Assembly (NCBI RefSeq): GCF_003324675.1
Contig: NZ_CP030918.1
Location: 480,001 to 512,000 of the forward strand
Direction: 5' to 3'
Length of the DNA: 32,000 bases
From: Paracoccus suum
Lineage (GTDB): Bacteria; Pseudomonadota; Alphaproteobacteria; Rhodobacterales; Rhodobacteraceae
Below, one piece after another: positions 8,684 through 16,200 of this stretch; the first letter of the stretch is position 1, and each line of letters begins with the position of its first letter. A program made the position numbers and the translations under genes. The notes beneath the pieces are model-generated. The model saw only the letters and a list, made by a program, of their open reading frames with translations, did not search any database and was not told the origin of the DNA.

Positions 8684-9625
8684 ATGAGCTATTATGGACG
8701 CCTTCCGACGGGCTACAGCATTGGCGGTAGCATTTCGCCCGTTGGCGAGACCGACAGTTATCGGGTGACCTTGGTTCCCGGGCTGACTTATTCCATTACT
8801 GCCCAAGGTTCCTCAAGCGGCAACGGTACGCTGGTCGATCCTCATATGGCGCTGACCACCCTTAGCGGGCGTCAGCTTGCTTATGATGACGACATATCGA
8901 GCAGCAATTACGATGCGCAAATTGTGTGGACAGCGCCCGCAGGTGGTTCTTCTCTCGATTATTTTGTCAACGTCGCGGAGAATGGGGATAATGCGAGTGG
9001 CACATACAAGCTGACCGTCTCTGCCGGATATGCATCTAACTACGCGGACCGCGTGGTTGGGAGTGCCTACGGCGATGCCATTGCCGGTATGGACGGTAAC
9101 GACCAGTTGGCGGGCGGCAACGGGAATGACTACCTGTATGGCCAGAACGGCAACGATTACCTGATGGGCTTGAATGACCACGACTACCTCAGCGGCGCAA
9201 CGGGCAACGATTCACTTCGCGGCGGGACGGGGTCAGATCGCTTGGTCGGCGGAGCCGGAGCGGACCAGTTGGTAGGTGGATCAGGCGCTGACCGCTTCAT
9301 CTTCTACGCAGGAGATTCTGGTCGCTATGATTACGATGCCATTATGGCTGGCGATGGAGGCCTTGCATTCGACGGAATCGGCGCGGCGGCAGGCGATGTC
9401 ATCGACCTTTCGGCGATCGACGCCAACCCTTATGTGGCCGGTAACCAAGCGTTCCAGTTCAGCTCGACCCTGACAACTGGGACGGCCTACCTTACCGAGA
9501 ACACACGCGGCGACACTGTGCTCATGGCCTCGACCGACGCGGATAGCGAACCCGAACTCGTGATCCAGATCCGCGACGGCGCATACACAGCGAGCCAATA
9601 CGCCGCCAACGACTTCATCCTGTAG
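8684..9625 (+). CDS. RTX-type calcium-binding protein with N-terminal PPC-like (pre-peptidase C-terminal) domain and type I secretion-style C-terminus
   Basis: 313 aa with RBS AGAGGAG upstream. The N-terminus (GETDSYRVTLVPGLTYSI...YKLTV) is PPC-like. About 8 GGxGxDxUx nonapeptides follow. The C-terminus DVIDLSAIDAN...GNQAFQF is typical of T1SS substrates, and there is no Sec signal peptide. Confidence 0.85.
   Translation: MSYYGRLPTGYSIGGSISPVGETDSYRVTLVPGLTYSITAQGSSSGNGTLVDPHMALTTLSGRQLAYDDDISSSNYDAQIVWTAPAGGSSLDYFVNVAENGDNASGTYKLTVSAGYASNYADRVVGSAYGDAIAGMDGNDQLAGGNGNDYLYGQNGNDYLMGLNDHDYLSGATGNDSLRGGTGSDRLVGGAGADQLVGGSGADRFIFYAGDSGRYDYDAIMAGDGGLAFDGIGAAAGDVIDLSAIDANPYVAGNQAFQFSSTLTTGTAYLTENTRGDTVLMASTDADSEPELVIQIRDGAYTASQYAANDFIL
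9062..9301 (+). repeat. RTX nonapeptide (GGxGxDxUx) repeat block inside the CDS
   Basis: Consecutive units: GMDGNDQLA GGNGNDYLY GQNGNDYLM GLNDHDYLS GATGNDSLR GGTGSDRLV GGAGADQLV GGSGADRFI. Confidence 0.85.
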
Positions 9626-9647
9626 AAAAACCGACCGGCGGCGGGCG

Positions 9648-10295
9648 CTAGACTGCGGTAAAGCGCTCGCCGTCGTACTGACGCAGACCGCCCGTGCCAA
9701 TGTCGTGCAGCAGGCCGTGCAGCGTCATCTGGTCGCTCTCGACCGCGGCGCTCACAAAGGGGAAGGTCATTAGGTTCTCCAGCGAGATCGCCACTGCCTG
9801 CTCCTCCAAGGCCGGGATCTGGCGCTCGGCCGGCAGATCCTTCACGCGCTCATAGCCCGGTCGCAGGATGTCCATCCAGCGGCCGACGAAGCTGGTCGAG
9901 GCCTCCAGGTCCGGTGCGTGGCCCGAGCACATTTCGTGGCAGGCATCGACCCCGCCGCAATTAGTGTGACCCATGACGATCAACTGCGCGACATGCAGCG
10001 TGGTCACCGCATATTCGATTGCGGCCGAGGTGCCGTGCTGCTCACCATCGGGGGTGAAGGGCGGCACCAGGTTCGCGATGTTGCGATGTATGAAAAATTC
10101 GCCGGAATCCGCACCAAAAATCGAGGTCACGTGCACGCGCGAGTCGCAGCACGAGATGACCATCGCGCGCGGCCGCTGGCCGTCCTCTGCCAGGCGTCGG
10201 TACCAGCTGCGATTTGCCTGATAACCGGTGGCATGCCAGCCGTGAAAGCGTTGCACGAGATAGGGCGGCAGGGGTTGGATCATGGACATGGACAA
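9648..10295 (-). CDS. can: beta-class carbonic anhydrase
   Basis: 215 aa. The zinc-ligand motifs CCDSRV and GHTNCGG are typical of beta-carbonic anhydrases. Confidence 0.9.
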   Translation of the reverse strand: MSMSMIQPLPPYLVQRFHGWHATGYQANRSWYRRLAEDGQRPRAMVISCCDSRVHVTSIFGADSGEFFIHRNIANLVPPFTPDGEQHGTSAAIEYAVTTLHVAQLIVMGHTNCGGVDACHEMCSGHAPDLEASTSFVGRWMDILRPGYERVKDLPAERQIPALEEQAVAISLENLMTFPFVSAAVESDQMTLHGLLHDIGTGGLRQYDGERFTAV

Positions 10296-10389
10296 CTTCG
10301 CATCATGATGAACCCTCGGTTATTACGCCGGATTTGACGATCATTCGAGGGAAAAGGCATTCGCCAGATCGTGATGGGCATGCCATGGG

Positions 10390-10866
10390 ATGACGCCTGA
10401 GACAGGTACGCCGCAATCCGAGGATCCTATGGGCAATGTCAGCTTTTTGCCGGTCGACGAAAGGGTCGATGTCGACGGCGCCCTGCTGAGCGAGGTGATG
10501 AGGCAACTGGGCCCCGAGACGGCCGAGCGGCTGATCGAGGATGCCTTGGCCGGGATGCAGGTAGAATTGGCCGAGGTCGCGGCCCTAGTCGCGGCAGTGG
10601 CGAGTGCCGGCAAGACCTGCGCCGAGGATCACGGCAACCCCGAGGACTCGCCCGCGCGCCTGTTGGCCGATCTGCTCGCCGCAACGGACCGCCTGTCGCG
10701 CACGGCGTGGGAGTTCGGGCTGACCACCTTGTCGGGGGTCTCCATTGATCTGGCGCTCTGCGCCGAGCGCAGCGACCACACGGCCCTGGGCGCAGTCGGG
10801 GCGCGCCTGCAACGCGTTGGGCGGCGCTCGCTCGGCCCGGCATGGGACGAGGCTACCTTCGGCTAA
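10390..10866 (+). CDS. hypothetical acidic Ala/Leu-rich protein, no family recognised
   Basis: Codon usage is normal high-GC3, whereas the overlapping minus-strand ORF is Arg/Pro-rich junk. The alternative start at ATG 10429 is preceded by GAGGA. Confidence 0.55.
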   Translation: MTPETGTPQSEDPMGNVSFLPVDERVDVDGALLSEVMRQLGPETAERLIEDALAGMQVELAEVAALVAAVASAGKTCAEDHGNPEDSPARLLADLLAATDRLSRTAWEFGLTTLSGVSIDLALCAERSDHTALGAVGARLQRVGRRSLGPAWDEATFG

Positions 10867-10957
10867 GCGTGCCCGTGAACGGGCGGAAGAGAGCGGCCCT
10901 TGCGGTCCGCCCCCTCGCGGCTAGGCTGCGCGGCGATCCATACGCCCGAGGCTACAC

Positions 10958-12397
10958 ATGCACCGTTCCGACCCCGACCGCCTTCGCTTTGCTGACCCGT
11001 CCTCCACCGGGCTGCCGCTGTGGGTGGTCGCGCCGGGGGAATGGCCGGCGGACCTGCCCGCCGGCGCGCGCACCCATGCCGAGGCCTGCGGTTTTACGGG
11101 CAAGGCTGGCCAGACCTGCCTTCTGCCCGGCGGGGTCGAGGGAGGCTTGGCCGGGGCCCTGTTTGGCTGGGGCGCGCCCGGCCCGCGCACCGACGCAGCC
11201 CCGCGCGAGCGGTTCCCCCTCGCCCGCGCCGTTGACACTTTGCCGCTGGGAACTACCTGGCGGCTGGCCGCGATCCCGACGGGCGTCGATCAGGGCATCG
11301 CCAGCCTTGGCTGGTTGCTCGGACTCTACCGATTCGACCGCTACACAAAACCCGCCGAAGGCCCGGCGCGCGCCGCCCCCATCTGTCCGGAGGGGGTGGA
11401 TCGCGCCCGGATCGAAGCGCTCGCCGCCGGTGAGGCGCTGAGCCGCGACCTGATCAACACTCCGGCTTCGGACCTGGGCCCGGCGGAGTTGGAGGCCGCC
11501 GCCCGCACGCTGGCCGAGCGCTGTGGCGCGACGGTCGAGGTGACCACGGGCGGCGATCTGCTGGCCGCCAACCTGCCCATGATCCACGCCGTGGGCCGCG
11601 CCGCTGCCAGCGACCGGGCGCCGCGCCTGATCGACCTGCGCTTTCCCGGCTCAGGCCCGCGCGTGACGCTGGTTGGCAAGGGCGTCTGCTTTGACACCGG
11701 CGGCCTTGATATCAAGCCGCCTTCGGCCATGGGCCTGATGAAAAAAGACATGGGCGGCGCGGCGGCCGTCCTCGGTCTGGCGCAGATGCTGGCCGATCTG
11801 GGCCTGACCAAGGACATCCAACTGCGCGTGCTGATCCCTGCGGTCGAGAACGCCATTGCCGGCGATGCGATGCGGCCCGGCGATATCCTGACCAGTCGCA
11901 AGGGCCTGACCGTCGAGGTGAACAATACCGACGCCGAGGGGCGGCTTGTGCTGGCCGATGCCCTCGCGCTCGCGGCAGAGGAGGCGCCGGACTGGCTGAT
12001 CTCGATGGCAACGCTGACCGGCGCGGCACGGGTGGCGCTGGGGCCCGACCTGCCGCCGATGTTCTGTGACGATGACGATGCAGCGGCGGTGCTGCTCGCC
12101 GCGGGACGCGCCGCCGCCGACCCGATCTGGCGCATGCCCTTCTGGGAGCCTTACGAGGCCATGATCGAGCCCGGCATCGCCGATCTGGACAACGCCCCTT
12201 CGGGCGGCTTTGCCGGCGCGATCACCGCCGCGCTGTTCCTGCGCCGCTTTACCGAGGGTGCCGCCCGCTACGCCCATTTCGACATCTATGGCTGGCAGCC
12301 AGCCTCGGCCCCCGGCCGCCCGAAGGGGGGCGTCCAGCAGGGCGCCCGGGCGATCCTGACCGCATTGCCAGAGCTGCTTGCGGGATCGCGCGGATGA
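10958..12397 (+). CDS. M17-family leucyl aminopeptidase-like protein
   Basis: 479 aa. It carries the M17 signature NTDAEGRLVLADAL plus VGKGVCFDTGG and the MKKDMGGAA metal-site region. Confidence 0.9.
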   Translation: MHRSDPDRLRFADPSSTGLPLWVVAPGEWPADLPAGARTHAEACGFTGKAGQTCLLPGGVEGGLAGALFGWGAPGPRTDAAPRERFPLARAVDTLPLGTTWRLAAIPTGVDQGIASLGWLLGLYRFDRYTKPAEGPARAAPICPEGVDRARIEALAAGEALSRDLINTPASDLGPAELEAAARTLAERCGATVEVTTGGDLLAANLPMIHAVGRAAASDRAPRLIDLRFPGSGPRVTLVGKGVCFDTGGLDIKPPSAMGLMKKDMGGAAAVLGLAQMLADLGLTKDIQLRVLIPAVENAIAGDAMRPGDILTSRKGLTVEVNNTDAEGRLVLADALALAAEEAPDWLISMATLTGAARVALGPDLPPMFCDDDDAAAVLLAAGRAAADPIWRMPFWEPYEAMIEPGIADLDNAPSGGFAGAITAALFLRRFTEGAARYAHFDIYGWQPASAPGRPKGGVQQGARAILTALPELLAGSRG

Positions 12398-13215
12398 GCG
12401 ACCGGCGCACCACCCCCGCAACCGACCGAATTGCGCTGGAGCGCCTGCGCGGAGCGGTGGACCGCCCCGCCTACACAGCCGGGCGCCCGGCCACGGTCAT
12501 AGCGCCCGTTGTCGACCTTTGCGCCGCGCCCGACGGCCCGCGCGAGCGGCAACTGCTGTTCGGCGCGCCCGTGACCGCAGTTGATACCGAGGGCGCCTGG
12601 ACCTTTGTCGAGGCGCGGGACGATGGCTATTGCGGCTGGCTGAACTCGGGCACACTGGCCGAGGGCTTGCCGCCCGCAACCCATCGCGTGGCCGTTCCCG
12701 CAACGCATGTTTACCACCACCCCGACATCAAGAATGGCGAGGTAATGTCGCTGTCACTTGGCGCGCGTCTGGCCGTGACCGGGACCGAGGGGCGCTTCGC
12801 CTGCCTCTCCGGCGGCGGGTTCGTCCCGTTGGTGCATCTGTCGGACCAACCGGCCGGCGATCCGGTTGAGGTCGCGGAACTGCTGCTCGGCACGCCATAT
12901 CTGTGGGGCGGCAACAGCCGCTCGGGCATCGATTGCTCGGGGTTGGCGCAGACTGCGCTGCGCGCTTGCGGACGCAACTGCCCCGGCGACAGCGACCAAC
13001 AATTCGCCGCCATGAGCCACGAGGTGCCGCTGGCCGAAATTCAGCGCGGCGATCTGTTGTTCTGGCGCGGTCATGTGGCCATGGCAACGGGACCTGACCG
13101 GATGATCCATGCCAACGGCCACACGATGTCGGTCGCCTACGAAGGCATCACCGCAGCGCTGACCCGGATCGAAAGCGCAGGGGACGGCGCGTTCCTGGGC
13201 GTGCGCCGTCCCTGA
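12394..13215 (+). CDS. NlpC/P60 (C40) peptidase with N-terminal SH3-like region, no signal peptide
   Basis: The ATG overlaps the M17 stop (ATGA at 12394-12397). Catalytic region: GTPYLWGGNSRSGIDCSGL ... GHVAM ... IHAN. Confidence 0.85.
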   Translation: MSDRRTTPATDRIALERLRGAVDRPAYTAGRPATVIAPVVDLCAAPDGPRERQLLFGAPVTAVDTEGAWTFVEARDDGYCGWLNSGTLAEGLPPATHRVAVPATHVYHHPDIKNGEVMSLSLGARLAVTGTEGRFACLSGGGFVPLVHLSDQPAGDPVEVAELLLGTPYLWGGNSRSGIDCSGLAQTALRACGRNCPGDSDQQFAAMSHEVPLAEIQRGDLLFWRGHVAMATGPDRMIHANGHTMSVAYEGITAALTRIESAGDGAFLGVRRP

Positions 13216-13216
13216 G

Positions 13217-13236
13217 GGGCACGTTTTCAGGTGCCC
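13217..13236. terminator. Possible bidirectional hairpin between convergent genes
   Basis: Inverted repeat gggcac / gtgccc (13217-13222 / 13231-13236) with an 8-nt loop gttttcag that contains the stop codon of the giant gene. The stem is short and there is no clear U-tract. Confidence 0.25.
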
Positions 13237-16200
13237 ACGCTGGTAAGGACAGAGATTTCGCGCTCGATCATCAGATCGGCGTCAGATTGCGCCCGCACTC
13301 GCCGGGCCGCGGCCTCCGACAGGCGGAGGAACAAATCCGGTTCGTGATACAAGCGCTCAATAGCGTCGGCGAGCGCCTGAGCATCATCAGGCGGGACGAG
13401 AATTCCGCAGGTTTCGTCCACGAACTCTGGAACTGCGGCGACAGCGGTAGTGACCGGCACCAGGCCTGACGCCATCGCCTCGTCGCGCGACACGCCATGA
13501 GTATCGGTGCGCGTGGGGACCAGAAATATGCCGGCCTCACGGTGAAGGCCCGCGATCTCGGTATGCGACAGAAAGCCTTTCTGGATTTCGACATTATCCA
13601 TGCCGCGCAGCGGGGCCACCGTCTCCTCCAACAGCGGGCCGTCACCTGCGATGCGGAAGTGCATCTGGTCGAACCAAGGCTTGGCTGACAGGATCCGAAT
13701 CGCGGCGACCGCCAGATCATTGGCGTATACGCTGGATGCAAACGGCCGAAGCAGCAGTACTTTTAGCCTGTCTTCGGTTTTTTTGGGCTGGTAGGCAAAT
13801 ATCCCGGTGTCGATCGGATTGTGAATGACCTCGATTTGGCCAGGCACAAAGCTGATCCCCAGATCCTCAGCCGCCGTATCCGCAAGCTGCTGCGAGACGA
13901 ACACCAGCTTCAGGTTCGGATGTTGCGGCCTCAGAACGCCGTGCCAGAAGGCCATACGCGCATCACTGGCGCGCTGTGCCGCCTCACGCTCTGCTGGCGT
14001 GGTGTAAAGGAATGCGCGCCGCGTCCAAGGCTGAATGTCTACGCCGTGGCACCAGACGACCACCCTCACCCGATCTAGATGCGGTCGCAGGATGTCCCAC
14101 ACTTCCGGCGTCAGGAAATGAACTGCCACGGTGTCATAACCGCCCTCGGCGAGCATCTTGTCGAGCGTCACACGGTCAGCCGTCATCACGTCGGTGTTTT
14201 CGAACTCGGTGAAGGTCGGCGCGACGCTCTCTCGGAAGCGCAATACGGAGGGGCGGAGCCCGAGGGCGGCATAGCGGCGCACCCGACTGTGCAGGAAGGC
14301 GTTACGATAGAGGTCCGAATAGGCCGGGTATTGGTTTGTGACGATCAACACCCGCCCCCGGTCCAACAGGGTGCTCGGCGTCAACTGCCGATGGGTCAGG
14401 TCGAGCGACTTGATCTCGCACATACCGCTGCCGAGGACGCGCAGGCCGAGTCGAACCGAGGCGGTGCCGGCGGGGGGCTCGGCGGTCTCGTTGCGCAGCG
14501 GATGGATCATCGCGTGGCCAAGGCGGCTGCCCTTGGCGTCGAGCCAAATCATTACGAACGAAATCGAGAGGCCCGGGCTCACGTCGACATGACAACGCAA
14601 CACTCCATTCTCGAGAACCTCGGACGGGCGGAGCGATGTCGTGCTGTAGATGTAGGCATGCTTGCCGTCGGCCAATTCGGAGGCGACCTCGAACGAGATC
14701 GGTGAGACGACGATCTGAACACCCGGTGCGCTTTGGCCGCGGAACAGCCGGGCCAAATCACGGTTGTCGAGACGGCGTGCCGTCGCCGGCATGTCTGCCG
14801 GCTTGATGGACTCGGCCCTCGAGAGGATCTCGGGCAGGGGCAGGCCGGGGTCGATGCCGCGCAGGTCGTCGACCACGCTGGCGATGGTGGTGCGGTCCGC
14901 GACCTCATGGCAGTAGTTGAACGGATCGACCGACAGGACGCGATCGGCTCGCCAGTCACCGGTATCGATTCCGTCAAGCAGCCCCGCGCGGTCCTGTTCG
15001 TTCAGCAATGCGCCACGGATGATCCCCCGCCGGCGGGAAATGCCCGCGACCGGGATATAGGCCGCGGCCGGGTCCATCAACGTGCCATCCCCCGTGGGGT
15101 AGGCAGCCTTGCCGATCACATCCGCCCCGCTGTAGCGAGTCGCGAGCACCAGATCGCGCAGGTAGTTCGGCCCGTAATAGTCCTTGGCGCTGAAGCAAGC
15201 CAGCCAGCCAGCCGCCAGTTCTTCAGTCAGGTCGGGCGGGGCTTCCCCCTCGGATAGCAGGCGCACGCGCGGATCGTGGTCCGCCGCCCTGAACCCTTCC
15301 GGGGCAATCAGCAGCAGCCTGGCGTCGCGGTGGGTCTGGGCGGTGAACGCGGCGAGCAGGTGGCGTGCAGATTCCTCGTCCGGCGCGTGGGCGATGACCG
15401 TCACGGCTGGCAGGTCCGCCTGCGGCGCGCGATCCGGCAGCGCCTTTGAGACGACATAGGCCAACCGGTCGGCCGAGGTATGCTGCGACATGATCTTGCG
15501 CAAACCTGCAAGGCGCAGCCGGTCGGCATGGCCGGGCTGGTCCGCGACCTTTTCAAATCGGCGCGTAACCTCGCCGTGATCGTCCGACGAGATCACCAGA
15601 TCCCCGAACATCATGCGCAGCCCGCGCGAGAAATTGCTGATCGTCACGGTACCCGAGGCGAGCAGTTCATAGACGCGCCGGGCAAACATGCTCTGCGATT
15701 GCTTCACCGAATTCAGGTTGATCGCGTAGCGATAGCCCTTGTAAGCGACGTCGATCCGGCTCGCCGGCAGCGTGCCGACGATGAACGTCCTGAAGGACTC
15801 CGGAAAGGCGTAGTTCGGGTCGTCCCTGCCCCAGTTGCGGTCAAAGATGTCGAGCGGTCGCAGCAGCGGCAGGCCGGCGGTGAAGTTTTCCAGATCGCGG
15901 GTCCGCTCGGGGTAGCGGGTATAATACGCGCCGGCGAAGTTGATCGCATCGCGGCGGGCGAACAGTTCGATCGGATTGTGCACGCGCGGCTGGCAGGCGA
16001 AGGGCAGCAGCCAGACCCGGTCGTGGCGCAGCGCCTGCCGGTAGAGGTGGATGCAGTCGATATCGGTCGTAAAGACGTGGTCGAACAGCTTGGCGGTGCT
16101 CAGAAAAGAGGTGTAGTGGACCGGATCTTCCTTGTTCCAGAAGACCGTCGGCACGCCATTCTTGCGGCACCATCCCACCAGGTCATGCAGTTCCTGGCTG

